Assembly (NCBI GenBank): GCA_030704615.1
Contig: CM060732.1
Coordinates: forward strand, 61,938,001 to 62,002,000
Length of the DNA: 64,000 nt
Source of the DNA: Takakia lepidozioides
Taxonomy: Eukaryota; Plantae; Bryophyta
Reading direction: 5' to 3'
The notes below the pieces were generated by a model. That model was not told the DNA's origin. It worked only from the letters and a program-made list of their open reading frames with translations, and searched no databases. The position numbers were made by a program, and so were the translations under genes. Shown here piece by piece: positions 49,867-64,000 of the stretch (position 1 is the first letter of the stretch; every line of letters begins with the position of its first letter).

Positions 49867-51611
49867 TATTCAACATGGAATGTCATTTCAAAATGAAGAC
49901 TCCCCCAAGAGTTTGTAGTTATTTCTGCGAGAAATATATCGGTTCAAGATGTCTTTACGCGGGAAGCCTGATGTCAGCTATATCTTTGTCGCACGGATTA
50001 CTACTCCCATCTCCAGGTAGTCTTCTCGGTCTCTCCCTCCCTCCTTCCACGTGTGACATTTTTGTTACTGAAAAGGAAGGATGGTTGACGGCTTTAGTTA
50101 TAATTGACGAGAGAGAACCGCTATTGGTATGACTTGCATTTCTGCTTAAGGAACATCTTCTAGTCCATGGCACATGAATGCTATCATACCTCAATTTATA
50201 AATATCTTGATGGTGGTAGCATGGACTGACAGTTCACAGGGCAAGCGCAGATATCACCAGATCCTCGAGTCTATCATCCCTCCATGAGGCAGTGCAAAAG
50301 CGAGAATCTTGTTTTTCCAGTTTTCAGATCACTATTTTTTTAGCTGAATGGAATTTTGAAGAGCTTCTACCAACCACTGAGAATAGCTGGGTTACGAAAC
50401 TAGATTTGATCATGCACACTTTTTGTCTGGAAAGATTTCCTTCCAGGTTGTCAATACCCTGATTTGGGATTGCTGCCAAGAGCTGTATGTGCAATAAAAG
50501 AGTGTCAACCCCATTGCGAGATTGTCAGTATATTACTTGTTGGTATATCAAATACACTGTTTTGTTCTGAGTTTTGCTGTAAGAAAGAGATGAGCATCAT
50601 TGTGGTCCCCCTGCAAGCTTAGAGTGCCTGGTCGTTTCTTAACTATAGTAGACAGAAATTATTGCTAAGCAAGGGCCAAATCACAGTGATGCTCTGTGAG
50701 GTGCGAGGACAGAGAAACATTGGGAAGAATCCTGTGCAGTCACCATGGATGCTATCTCCATGAGAGCAGCTGCCACACGATCTGCTTAAGAGAGTGCTTT
50801 GCTTCTTGCCAGTCTTTTCCTCCTTTCCCATTTGCTGTGTGTGCAAAACCTGCCCTTCTCGCCTCTGCAGATATGGAAGCTTCTCTGCAGCACCATTGTC
50901 CTGCTGTTGATGTCATTCAGGTGCTATGTTGCAAGATTGGTTGTCATGGGGAACAATCATTTAACTTCTTTTCAGATGGTTAGTGCACACTATCATGTGG
51001 ATTACAAGAGGCTGGTAATCCTCTGCATTGAATATGTGGGAGAAGAGTTCTCTTGCTTACGAGGCATTGCAGAAGGAGAAAGTAGACACTAAAGAATGGA
51101 AGCATCTGCTTCCCACAGTCAAGACATGGAGCGTAAAATCTGAGGAGATGAAAGAACCAAGGCTTTCAAGAACATCATTATGGGGATGAGTATGACACTA
51201 CACCTATGATATACCATTGGTGGCTGGCTCCAACTCACCACGCACCACTAATGGGGCACTGTAGCTGTCTCTGCTCTAGTTTTTGGGTACGGAAGGCAAC
51301 ACACGGTGCCAATCGTGGAAGATGTATGAAGCTCCCCACGTTTTTTCCTGAAAGTGGTTGATTAAACGCAACTTGGTAAGTGTGAAGGTCAGTTGATGAT
51401 GAGTCCATGTTGAAAGTATGGAAAGATGTGGCTTCATTGAGCTGAATCGTAGAAGCCCGAGGATGTGGCACCCACACACGGAGCGAACCTGTATGAGGAG
51501 GACGCACTTAACCATTTCCTGTATATGAGATGAAATACTTTCTTATGCTCCTAATGACATCCGCAGGGGTTTTGCTTTACTTTTGGTTTGTTCTCTCTTT
51601 AAACATTTTGT

Positions 51612-51657
<46 letters not shown>

Positions 51658-51659
51658 CC

Positions 51660-52720
51660 AAGGGCAGGGACTTCAACTCGAAAGTTTCTAACCGGTTTGA
51701 TGCACTGGATGAGGTTGATTCCAAACAGCCAGACAGACAAACTGCCCCTAAGTGTGCTGAGCCTGAGCGTCCAGTGACTGAAGGATTTGGTACTCTGACT
51801 GTGGCTGACAAGATCATTGGGAGGAAACTAATTGTCTGCGGTAAGCTAATTGGTGGACCAATGAGATTAAACTCAAGATAGCTGAGAGACGAGTCCTCTA
51901 TAAAGAGTGCTGCACTTTGAAAACCAACAAACAATTGTGGGCCAAGTACTACCAGATCCGCAAAGATCTCAATCAGCTTGTAATATCTTGGAAACATAAT
52001 CGCCCTGTCAAACAGGCTGTCTTGGCGGAAGAAAGTAGAAGAGATTCTTAAGGATCTGAATCTTAATTCGCAAGTCTTGACCCTGCTGGATAAATCTGAC
52101 TTAGAGGCTGTAGTGTCCAAAGCCACGTCTGTTGCGTCTGATGAAAATGAAGTTAGGCAGAAGACTTCCCTGAACTTGTTTCCCATCTGTGACGACAGGG
52201 GAGGACATCATGGATGACCTCAAGGGTCTACCCACTCTCGGCACTAGACTGAAATTTTAACTCGGGGCGGAAAGCCTACCTTTGAACAGCAAACAGAGCA
52301 GAGAGGAAAGGGAGAGTGCAATTGCCCATCGTGTGGGCAACCTGAAGACAATGTTCAATTTCTGATTCATTGTCCGGGGTTCTCTCACCAGTCCTCAAAT
52401 CCATCAAGGGAATTGTGCCTGTACCTCTGTTTACCAACTTTGAAAGTCTCGAGGCTGAGCCAAAAGCCCAGGCCCTTTTGGGGCCTAGTTATTAGGTAAA
52501 CCACACACAGCAGATTGATGCTTGTGTGAAGGGATTTCTAGAGGATATCTGGAAAGCCCAGATCAATTGTTTATTCCAAGGTAAGTCTTACTACCAGCGT
52601 CAGCCCCTGACAAAGGTAGGTTCTGTCCCTTTGTGTTCCGCTCAAAACTGGGCGGGGGGTCAATGGCCACAAGGCTACGGCAAACAACGTCTTATGAGTA
52701 CATTCTTTCCCATTCTTTGG
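51660..52720 (+). mobile_element. Internally deleted LINE remnant, same family as 32660-33180
   Basis: VSNRFDALDEVD near the 5' end, a stop-interrupted ORF2 C-terminus with CPSCGQPEDNVQFLIHCPG, and the shared 3' tail. Confidence 0.7.
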
Positions 52721-53254
52721 CATCAAACACTATGCCTCTTAGTTCCTTGAATTCCAACATCCACTCAACCTGTTTCTCCTCAGCTGTGCACGACAAGGCT
52801 GATGAGCTAACATACCCTGGTGAATCATAAACCGAAGTATCATAAACCGAAGTACTTGATTACATCATTAGCAATGTTGACAGGGAATAATAGTTGAGAG
52901 TACATCAATTACTGGTTGATTGTATTTCTTATGCAGGCTCATTCCTGCATTCTTATCAGTGCTCACTATAATGATTTGAGGACAAGAAAGTTGATTGTGT
53001 CATGGAGAGCTTCGATATGTCGATTGCAGACCACAGTATTTTGGCTTACCTGCTATGCCTTGAAGTCTTAATCTGCAATTATCTGACAATTTGCACTGGA
53101 AAAGCAAATATCTCAGCATTCCTCGTGAGAATCTGTACTGCACCAGCCCTGTACAATGGCAGGTGACATGGTGAGACTGACCTCCAATCTTCCATTATCC
53201 TTCATCACAACGTCCAGCTTGTAGGAGCAGTGCAGAAGATGCAGGGATAGTACT

Positions 53255-56200
53255 TCAAAGTTTGCTTGCAGGCTGGCCAGGTATCCCAACTTGGGCAACC
53301 CTTTCAACAACCCGGGATGCCTCAACAACAGCATCCCTAGAGAGCCTCTGAGGTTTTGAGAGCCAATGCCCACCATCGACGACAAGTGTTTCCCCGCTGA
53401 TCCAGCTGCCTCCAATACTCTGAAATGGAAAGAACCATGTAGACAATAGGTGAGCTTCCAACACAACCCATGCCCAACCAGCATTATTCAGAAGTATCTA
53501 AGAGACATATCAAAGCATTACGAGTAACTCCACAGATATGTTAATTTCAAAATACTCTTCTAAACCATTCTGGAAGGACCTTCATACTACAGAAAAGTGA
53601 TGGCAAAAAAATGTTCCAAATCTCAGGCCTTTAACATGCATTGGCCTAGTTGAAGCCTCATAGATGTCACCTGGCCAGATGAGTGACATGAGTGACTTTC
53701 AGTGACTGACAATCGAATGACCTATGACTTCTGAAGCATAGACCCCATCTTACCCAGAACCCACTGCGAGCAAATACAAACATTTGTTCTCCTTTTTGCA
53801 TGGCCATGGAAACCTTATATATCACATTGGAGATAAGAACGAATAAGCAAGTACTATTATTTATCATTGCAACAAGGGAATAATAGAAATGTGCCTACCA
53901 CAAGAAACAATGCGGCCATAGCAATGTCCCACGTTGTTCCAAGGCGGCCCAAGGGAATCTCTGACGAGAGTTCTTTTTGGAGAGTCTCAGAACTTCCACC
54001 AGATACTAGCTTTACCATGCCTGCTGTATTTGCAATGGGACCAGGGGCTACACCATTGATTCGAATGCCATATTCAGGGCCCCACTCCAAACATAGGCTT
54101 CTAGTCAAGCTATCCACTGCCGCCTGCAACATGCAGATTACCAGTGTGTTAACCAGATCAAGAGTAATATCACTGACCAGAGAGCACACCACTTACAATG
54201 CTCCTCAATGCATTGGAACTACTTGCCGGCTATTAGGAATGGGTCCTGCGAACAAGCAATATAGAGTGGCCCAGGCATCATCTGTTCTGCCCCAATCGTT
54301 TTTGCAGCAATGTACATGTGACCTTTGCAAACCTCAAGTCATATTTCAGCCAAATTTTAAGGGGAAAGTTAGAAGAAGCTATCACCTGTTCTTAACTACT
54401 TGGTTTTTAATACCTTCATGTAGAAAATACATACACTCATGTGGCCTACCCAAATCTTGTTTAAAAACCTTGAGCATTATGACCAACCTTTGCAGCAGAG
54501 GCATGCGACTGATACCATGTTGCGCCATAGTGCAAAGTGGCACTGATGTTAACAATGACTCCATCTTCTTCACTATCTGGGGAGCGCCCCTTACCTCCTC
54601 TTCGTAAAGCAGGGAATGCAGCATGGCACATATTAAATGTTCCCACTGTATCTATCTCTAGCACTGCATCACACACCACAGAAAGACCTCAGATAGTATT
54701 AGTGCAGAGAGCTTACAAAATGGATGGAGGATCGATCATCAGAGTTATGTACTGTCATAAGACTCATAGCCACAATAAAAGCCTCAAAGGTATGATCCAT
54801 CCAACTTTCGTAATAATCTTAGTATGACCTCTACAGCTCTCTGAGAGTCAAGTGGCCTCCAGTTTCCAAGATGGATAAAGGTGACCTTGAGAACCTAGCA
54901 GAGAAAGGGAGTCAATACCACTGTGGAACTACACTGACAGTAGTGATATTCCCTGAGGTAGAGAGCAGAAACACAACCGGAAGGGAAGGGGTAGGAGGAT
55001 GACTACACCTAGACAACAAATACTCTACAAGCTATATACTAAAGAGATTTACCAGTGGAGGGGGACAAGGTGGAAAGGGGAAGTAAAAGGAAAGGAGAAT
55101 TCAGACACGTTTCTTGAACCTCAAGCTAAACACCTGTCATGAAGCCTTTTGGTGTGAGTGTCTCTGCTGGAGCCAAGAAGTTTCCTGCTGCCCCATTGAC
55201 CAATATGTCAAGCCGTCCGAATCTTGAGAGCGCAGCATCTACAGCCCTTTCTGCATCTGAGGAGGACCTTACCTCTCCTTGCACAATTTCAACCTGCAGA
55301 ATGGTGTTGATTCACTCAGGCATCCAAAAGAAAACACTCCATCCATCTACCAAAATTAGAGTAAATTGGAAATTTATTTACACGAGATGACATCTCCTGC
55401 CGATGTTCTTTTGTTGTCCTACTTTTTGCCATGTGGCCTCAGGGATCGTTAGAAAGTTCCTTTCTTTCGCGCTTCCCCACACCATAAGCGCTCTTTGAAC
55501 TCCGTGGATGATATAAAGCTTCTCAATGTCTTCCTTTCTTTCCAAGGAATTAAAACGTTTATTTGTTTCTTTCACTAAGAGTTGCTTGGACATGTCATTT
55601 CAGAGGATTGATATGCAGGGACCACCTTACTTCTTGCTATTGTCTCCTCCATCTGTTCCAGTCGCTTTCTTCAACAAGGTCTGTGATCTTTCAGCGGATG
55701 TTATCAAGATTCTTTCTTCTCTTTCTTTCTTTTTTTGTTCTACAGTGTGACTGCAGTGCAAACACAGCCAGTTTTATCACCTCTGTGAGATACAGTACCA
55801 GTTCTGACCTAAACATGATGCTCTCTGGTATGAGGTCGAGGCCGCCCTGAAATGAAGAGCCAACTCCCTACACATATGTTGTCTGCGATGAGCTAGCAAT
55901 ATGGCAATGTCGGGCTGAATTTACATACCCTGGTGGGTTGGAAACCCATAATCTGCTTGTAGCCCTCAGGCAACTTGTATCAAGGGTAAATCATAGCCAC
56001 AATCTGCAAGGAATGATCAATGCATGCATTTTGCAGCGAACTACATCAGCAGCATGGAATTCCATAATCCCTTCTCTGATGATATCAATGCCAGCTCGCC
56101 TGTAACTAGATTATCGTTGACCATGCACTAGCACAATGGAACTTTCACCTGGTGAGTGAGAACCGCATGACCAGCTCGGGAGAGGTTAGTATTCTGACGG

Positions 56201-56956
56201 GACTATGTCAGCTAAGACATGTCATCACAGCCACAGGAAACTGTTCTATAAATCATCTCTTTTCTCCGCCCCCCCATCCCTTCCCCATTGTCCCCATCAA
56301 CCAGGGTTGATATTACCCTAGGCCCAGTGAGTATGCCTCACGCTCTGGCACTTCCCAAAATGAATCTCCCGAAAAAAATTCGGCTACAGGTTACAGTCTC
56401 TCCCGAGAAACAACCCAACATTGTGCAGGATTTTTAAAGTGTCGTTCCTCTAGATGGCTAAAAATGAGAGGGGCGAATTCATGAGGCGTTTGGTAAGAGA
56501 TAGTGACTTCAAGCTACAAGATCATCCATTGGTGGAGAGAATGGTGAAGAATTTACTAATTGCAGGGCTAATGCGAAGGAACCACACAAGACTTCGAGTG
56601 TGATTCTAGACCATCACTTTCTCAAATCGCCAAGAATTGGAAAGAATCTGGTGAAGTAGTACAAAATTGAGCTATGACAGAGACATAACAGGAAAATTAG
56701 AGAAGAAAAGGTGATGACGATGATTTGACGAAGAAAAGACGAAGAAGAAGAGAACCTGGATGCCTTCACTTTCCAGAGGCTTAGATGCACTTTCGAGGAC
56801 TGCGAGGCGCCGTCCCATGAGCACAAGATGAGCACCATGTCGACCAAACTGGTGGGCGACTTCGTATCCGATACCCGAGCCTCCCCCTGTGATCAGTGCC
56901 ACTTTGCCTTGCAAAATGGCCTTCGAAAATGGTGACTCTGGCATCTCTGTCTTCAT
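53255..56956 (-). CDS. DECR2: Peroxisomal 2,4-dienoyl-CoA reductase (SDR family)
   Basis: Exons 56956-56756, 55293-55134, 54663-54488, 54123-53899 and 53419-53255. Motifs TGGGSGIG, NGAAGNFL and YQSHASAAKAAVDSLTRSL, with a C-terminal PTS1 (SKL). Confidence 0.95.
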
Positions 56957-57204
56957 CTTCCTTCCTCGCACTAATCTTGTGAACCCACTCTCCCTCCCGT
57001 CACAACGATGCAAGCGAGAGCGAGTCCATGGATCCGTCTGACCTCAGATCAGATTCACTGCTCCGTATAAATAACTACGAGTATACGTATTTCGCTGTCT
57101 TTGTACCCTTCCTAACGGTAATGATACCTTCCTTATAAATCTACTAAGTTTTTACTTTTGCATCTCCACAGACTACATATGTCTACTAACTTACAAAAGC
57201 AAGG

Positions 57205-58010
57205 TTTTTTTTTTTTTTTTTTTTTTTTTGAGAAAGGGACAGAAGCCCTGTTGATCAAATTTAAATAAGAAGGAGTTACACTGGCGTGGAAAAAATAACC
57301 ACTTTGGGGGGGGGGGCGCGTAAGGCTTACTAAGGGGGAACTTCCCCGGAACCATAGCGAACATGCTAAGGGAAAGGGGCAAGGAAACTGAAAGAGATGA
57401 CTTTGAGAAGGAGGGGTCAAGAGAGTGGTGCGAGGGGGCTGAGAGAGATGTGGTGGGGGGGGGGGGGGGGGGGAGATTAGAAGCAAGGATTCATGGTAGG
57501 GAAGTAGACAATGTCAGGAAAAAGCAATGAGCTAAGTCTTGAAAAAGACTTGAAACCAGCAGGGGATGTCAGGGGATGGTGGTAGTAGATTTTGAGTGTG
57601 CTGCAACTCGGAACCGTCGCAGAGGTGAATGCAGATGCCAGACTTCTAGAACATTAGTTGCACGCGGAATTTGGGGGCTCTAGCACGTTTAGGGGAGAGT
57701 ATCCCTTTTTCACCGAGTATGCAAAGAAAAGGGTCTTTTTCTTATCCATCCATCTCCACTCCCCGGGATCGAATTGCAGGTCTACCAGTGGGCAGCTCAA
57801 AAACTAGGTGAGGTTTTCTTGTCTTGCCCATTGGGTCTCCATGCCTTGCGGGGGCAGCAGGTTTGGGTTGCCCAGATTATCTAGAACTCTGATGTGAAAG
57901 AGGTCAGCTTTATCTACTTCCATTCTTCCTTGATACTGAAGAAGACCTTCCCCATCTGCCGAGAATCCCAGACCTGTTGCTCTAACACCTTGGCAGGCTG
58001 TGGCAAGTTT
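57205..58010 (-). mobile_element. L1-like LINE 3' fragment with poly(A) tail (poly-T on the + strand)
   Basis: A long T run is followed by a ~140-bp block repeated at 60790-60940 and then decayed coding-like sequence. Related tails lie at about 15250-15365 and 59075-59150. Confidence 0.5.
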
Positions 58011-58061
58011 CAGAGTAACTTGAAACCAATCTTATGATTATTGAAATTAAATACCATAGTA

Positions 58062-58955
58062 TAGGGGCAATTTTGACACAAATTTTAAATTTCAAAGATT
58101 GTTCAAAATTTTGGAAATTGATTTTGTGAAATTAAATAACTTTGTGAATGATAATAAAATATCTTTGAGAATATTCCATATGTCGAATTGGAATTCCCAA
58201 AATAAAATAAATATTTGACAGATGGCTGTCGATCTTGCCAAGGTACTATGGTAAATAAATTTTGTGTATTTTTATTTTCTAATTTTTCGGTTCGGCAAGG
58301 GCAGGCTTTTGAGCCCCTTCACTGAGGAGGACGGACACTTCCATGGATTTTTCTCCGGACAACATGAGAGAAAAGGTGGATGATTTTAGTTGAACATTTG
58401 TCTGGTCGACCATGAAATCACCGGACAGCAGAATGTGAAGGCATTGGGGTTTTCAGGTCTGGGATGTCTTCAAAGACAAAATTCCTTTTTGGATAGCATT
58501 ACAGGGGGTCCTATAACCAAATTGGAGTGAGCAAGGGGACCTATTAGATGGGGCGGGCAGTGACCCACCCCCTTTAGACTACAAGAAATTTGGAGGACCT
58601 CCTCATTAAATTTTCCTTGACATTTTAAAGGAGAGGATACCCCACAGGGAACAGTTTCCTGTGGTTGGATCACTGTTCCCTGTGGGGTATCCTCATGTGG
58701 GGTACCCCACAATTTTGTTTGTATTTATCGTGCCATTAAAAAGCAGAAATCATCGGAATGCACCCCATCAGCTCCCTCGGAGTGCATTCCGAAATGCAGA
58801 ATACACCGGCCATTAGATTTTTTATTTTTTTAAATTGGCATTTCTTTACGCAAGGGAACTCCCCTCGTGTGGGGCATTCCCGGATTTTCTTGACGGAGGT
58901 TCACACTGAGGTCCTAAGAATTAAGATTTTATATAAATTGTCAAAATGGCCAGTA
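58062..58955. mobile_element. Putative MITE with imperfect 17-bp inverted ends and internal palindromes
   Basis: The left end taggggcaattttgaca matches the reverse complement of the right end, tactggccattttgaca, at 14/17. Hairpins lie at 58633-58694 and 58754-58790. Confidence 0.45.
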
Positions 58956-60787
58956 TGCAAATAGTTTTGGGGTCATTTGTGTAGGAGAAGGAGAGAGTTA
59001 TTATGTTTGAGATCAGGGTGTTAAGAATTTTATTTTATTTTTTAGAAAAAAGTCTAAACTTGAAGCCGTATATTTATTTATTTAACAGGGGACGGCGCCC
59101 TGAAATTTTATTAAAAAATAGCGAGGAAAAAATAACCTCGGAGAAACAACTATATTTTGGATATAGCATATTATGTGTATATCTTCATATTATATTATGT
59201 CCTCATTCATAACTTATCACCTGCCTTTTTGGCAATGAGGGGGAAAACAAAATGGATTGTGGGAGTAGAACACATAAAGAACATGAGGAACCTCTGATCA
59301 CTTGGGATATTATCATTTGATCTATGAATAGATGAATATACATATGGCAATCAGCCATCATTATAAACATAAGGAGCATGTGCCCAGCTGGACCCACTCC
59401 AGGTATAAGCATACATACTAATGTAATCACTGCTGAAGGAAGGAAAAATGAGTGCAACATGTGCCCAACTGGGAACTAAAAACTTTCATGTTCCCATTAA
59501 GTCTCATGGGAACAACCCATGATATAAGTTTAAGGGCACTTTGGCCAACTTGATGCGTAGTCCCTACCTTGACGGGCAGGGCCAATAAATTGTCAAAGTT
59601 TTTGACTAGGTGGGCCAATACTTATTCCGTGGGGGATGAAAAATGCCAACAATCTCTTGCAATCTGAATTGAATTATGTTCAACAATCTATTATGAATTT
59701 AAATTTAGTCTACAACTGCTGACAATGACACGTGTCAATCATATATCAAGAATATGAATGTCACCTACTACATTTGGGGGCTTTATAGGTGATTTTAATG
59801 GCTTAGCTATGATAATGGGCCCCCCCACCATAAGTTTGATCCAAGGCAATCATGCTAAACAACCTCCATTATACCCTTCTCAACAAGCTATATGGCAAAA
59901 CATATGAAAACCTTGCAATGAAATTGCGCAGGTCTCAGATTTATTTATTTTTAAATCAATTCTAATGGTTTTAATAGGGACTCATTTGTGTGTCGGTGAA
60001 GGTGTCTCAAATCTGTCTCAGGCAAAGTAATTGCAATTTTGAGCCCACCCTCATAGCATAATGATCAACTACCCTCTTACCAAATGTATTCGGCTACGAT
60101 CTATAGCCACATGTATTGTTTGCAGCAAAATAAACATGACTCCACGTACTAGTAGTTTTTTTCTCTTGGCATAATCAATGTGCCGTTCAATGTCGCCAAA
60201 AGTAGAAAGTTATTTTGTGATTACTGATGGTGCTACGTCTACATACATCATTGTCTAATCACACTCGTGTAGTATAACACACTAGAAATCCATGCTACGT
60301 CATTAATAGCCCCCATAACCCAAAGTTCTTTTGAGAGAGTGTGTGTGAGGGTTAGTGTGGTTCCCAGCTAGCGGGGCTAAATTGGCTTGATTTACGCATA
60401 GTAATAGATTTGTTAATTACACTTGGAAAGACTAGGGTTGGTGATCCTTAATGTGTTTTGATTTTGAGTTGAGAGTACATACATTGTATATCTTGGAGTG
60501 TATTATCTGTCTTCTATTAAGATGAGCATAAGGTTCTACACATTCTAAGGCGCCTTATCGTCATCTCATTTGGTTTTTGGGAGGTCCAATTAAATAAAGT
60601 TTCAACAAAATATAAAATAAATGTAGTAAATAGATCAATCATAAATAGCTAAAGACTATTGCAGTTAACCATGACTAAACATAGGACATGGCCAAGAGAC
60701 ATAAAGTGCTAGCAATCTTATAAGCCCAACCACCAAAATCCGAGACATTTTGACCTTGTTACCCTCACCACAGATCTCAGCTCACAA

Positions 60788-60940
60788 TTTTTTTTATTTT
60801 TTTTTTATTTTTTTGAGAAAGGGACAGAAGCCCTGTTGATCAAATTTAAATAAGAAGGAGTTATACTGGGGTGGAAAAAATAACCACGGGGGGGGGGCGG
60901 GGGGGCGCGTGAGGCTTACTGAGGGGGAACTTCCCCGGAC
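60788..60940 (-). repeat. 5'-truncated copy of the retroelement tail at 57205-57350
   Basis: Near-identical ttttgagaaagggacagaagccctgttgatcaaatttaaataagaaggagtta...gggggaacttccccgga. Confidence 0.85.
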
Positions 60941-63900
60941 AAATTGCCGTGTCGATTGGAGAAGATGACCACCTCGGTAGTCCCTCCAGATGACACTATT
61001 TGTATGGTTGGATTTTGTTAAAATCCAGGGCCGTATGGGCAGTTTTAAGTAAAATGGCTTTCCAGGGCTAAAGAAGTATAAAAATCAACTCAAATGGGAT
61101 AACAAATGGCAAGGATAAAGCTTCAACAGAAAAACAATGTGCTAGAAAAAAATTTGGGCTGAGCGTATAATCTAGATAGAAATGAAGTCTTCAAAATCTA
61201 GTGTCTTTCTTATACAAATAGACATCAAGTAGCGTCATGGTTGCAACTTATAGATGCCCTACTCTGCAAATATTGTTGGCATGATCTAGTAATCATTTAC
61301 AGACTTTGTTTGAAGAAATATTTATTATCGTGCACAAATCCTACAAGAAGAACCTGACTATTGATTAAGTCATTTTATTGACCATTTTACCAAGCCTAGA
61401 ATCAAACAACAATAAACCTACGATTTGTTGACCTCCCACTGATCAATTACCAAAACATTAAACCATGTTTATCTATTAGCTCATGCCATTGTCTTTGACT
61501 CACTTTGATGTGCAACTCTTTGAAATGAAATGAATGAATGAATGACCACTCTTTGGAACATCCATAACATAATCACTTCAACCTGAACTCATGGGAAGAA
61601 ACTTGTCTCTTGAGCCTCAAGTCTATTGTAGATTTTGCACTATATTAAGGGATATTATGCAAGAGCTTTTCGCAAAATGAATGCATCTAGACATTCAATT
61701 GTTTGTTCAATGGACACAATTCGCCATTGGTTTGATTCATCAAATTTTGACAGGGATGTAGTCACATTAAGAGAAAACAACGCGCTAGACGTAGCTTTGT
61801 TAGTTATGGTTGCTTATGGGCTGAAGTACGAAGTCAAGATTTTATTTTTTTTATTTTTATGTCTATTTTCGTTGGCTCTATGTGATCCGTATTGTTTGAG
61901 ACTTGGCTTAGGTTCTTTGTGAGGTCTGCTTCTTCCAATTTAGTTGGTAAATTCTCAGCTGAAGCGTTCTCTATTTATGAAGTTTTTCTCAAACTGTTGT
62001 ATCATTCAATTTGTTTCTTCTTTTGAACTTTTGGTCACGGGGTGATTTCTCTATTGTTAGTCTCGTGGTAGGTCAATTGAGTGGTTTTTTTTTTAATTTT
62101 TTTTAATTTTTTTAAAAATTATAAATAATTATTTATTTATTTTTATACATTTTTAGTAATTGGGTTCTGTCCCTTTTGTGGGAAATCTCATTGGCCCAAA
62201 ATGGATTCAGCAAACAAAAGAACACTAGAGATATATACTTGAACATGTAAAATGTAAATCTATACATATGAACATGTTTCAGCAATACTATTCTTTCATG
62301 TAGACATGTCACTTAGAGAGTCATGCATTTCATTTATGTTTTTCTCGCCTAGATGACGTCGTTTACCTCGTACTCCCCGACTATATAGGTACCGTCCTCC
62401 ACTTGAGCTTCATCGGGCCGATAATCTAAACATCCGGGACGAGAACGATAGAAGGTTGTCATATTCAAGCATATGACCTTGAAAGATCTTGCTGTTTGTT
62501 GTCTTCTGGACGAGGAACCCGTCCAAAGGAAACCACCTTGGAATAGAAAACTCTGGTGCACCTACATGATTACACTAGATGATCACATCAAGGATAATAC
62601 TTGATTTCTCAATACACCAACCATCAAGTCTATCTAGAATTTGGACAAACCCTATCAGCTTTTGTAGAGAGTACAAGAACTGAAATTGAGTGTCATGTTG
62701 CTTTCCTCAGTGAAGCCCTAGATCTCGTTTTCCTAAGACCCGAACAGTTTGTAAAAGCCCCGAGCCAGGAGTGTTTGCTTGCGGGTGGTGTAGAGTACAT
62801 AATGTTGGGGCAATCCCTGGACCAGCAAGGGAATCTTGCTGTAAGGAGGGGAAACCAATAGTACAACCTTCATTTTGGGACAGATCAAAGGGTCATCCGG
62901 CTGCAACGACGGCGACAGCGGGGCATGTCTCTTTTCTTTTCCGGATGGGAGCTTCATAGGGATGAATTTAGGGAACGATCGCACTCCAATTTCACTTGAA
63001 ACTACCCTAGGTACATTCGGGAGTCGAAGAGCACCCCGAAATCAAATCATCAACTCTGCATTTTTGAGGCTCCTAGCATTGAATTTACCCAAACAAGTCC
63101 CCCAAGTATTATGAGGCTTTAATATCATAGGGATGGAGACACCACTTGAAAGGCGAAGTCTCGGGAAGTTACTTTCACAATTGCCAGCAAATTGGGATGG
63201 ATGTCTAGAAGGAATTCAAGCCCTTCCAATTGAGCACTATAATATTTTCTCTTGTTCTTTTGTTAGTACAGTTTGGTTTTGTTTCCTGACAGTTTTGTGC
63301 AACGTAGAAACTACTAAACTATTCAATTCGTCGTCCACCTTTTAAACTTGAATAATTACAGAATATGACGGTCCTATGTGCTATGGGCTTCCTAAGGGTA
63401 TTGACATTATAATATATATGCAGAAAGGTCAGGTGCGTCAGATTCAACAACACCCATTGTCTTTCCTTTGTATTACATATATGAATTTTTTTTACTAACA
63501 GAAGGGAATAAGACATAAGTCACTTTGTTTGTAGCTTTATTCAAATGATCTCAAGAACGAGAGACAAAACGTATAAACACACGTGGACTCCTTTTGCGTA
63601 AAATGGGCCGACATCTTTTACTTTAGAAATGGTGGACATTGTAATCTCAAATTATGTGGTGGACTCTTTGGAACTTTATAACTTGCCCAACATCAATAGC
63701 AATAGACCAAGATATTAATCGGTGGCACTTGAAAGAATCGCAATTAGAAGACAAATGTTGATGTTGAATATCAAACCGACTCTTTGGTAGAGATGTTCAA
63801 GAACTGTTTTGCTCATCTTTCACAAGGTTCCAAATTGGTTGTTACTCTCAGTGGTTCTAATATCTTGATTATGGTCACTGAATTCCAAATCTGGCTTCAA

Positions 63901-64000
63901 TTGGAGTTGATCCAGTCACTCAAATCTTAAAAAATTGCCAAAAAATGCTATGATCAACTCTATTTTAATTATATGTGTACTGTTTGTTTTCCATGGACAA

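Noticed and set aside
53867-54607. 246-aa plus-strand ORF
   Set aside because: It is the antisense shadow of DECR2 exons.
61000-63400. Decayed coding remnants (including chromodomain-like GEYEVNDVI)
   Set aside because: Stop-riddled with no second supporting motif; probably old transposon debris, but unassignable.

Overview
This is eukaryotic nuclear DNA from a land plant. Spliceosomal GT-AG introns and plant-type proteins show that directly; the transposon mix suggests a non-seed plant, which is inference. Five host genes look intact: a class-3 lipase, a sphingolipid fatty-acid 2-hydroxylase (FAH), the KH protein RIK, serine decarboxylase (SDC) and peroxisomal 2,4-dienoyl-CoA reductase. They sit among decayed mobile DNA: a P-element-like transposase next to a captured NBR1 gene fragment, a kinase remnant with tandem repeats, a CACTA-like remnant, a TTAA-flanked piggyBac-like element, LINE and SINE pieces, and a complete Mutator element with TIRs and a 9-bp TSD. 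The Mutator element encodes a SWIM transposase (split by a solo LTR) and a convergent Ulp1 protease, and carries GGTCTG motif arrays reminiscent of VANDAL. The most novel candidate is a pre-miRNA-like hairpin at about 22178-22307. It is built from an inverted duplication of MADS-box coding sequence, and a MADS-box pseudogene that shares its 5' flank lies 6.5 kb away. All calls come from manual reading and translation; no searches or folding programs were run.
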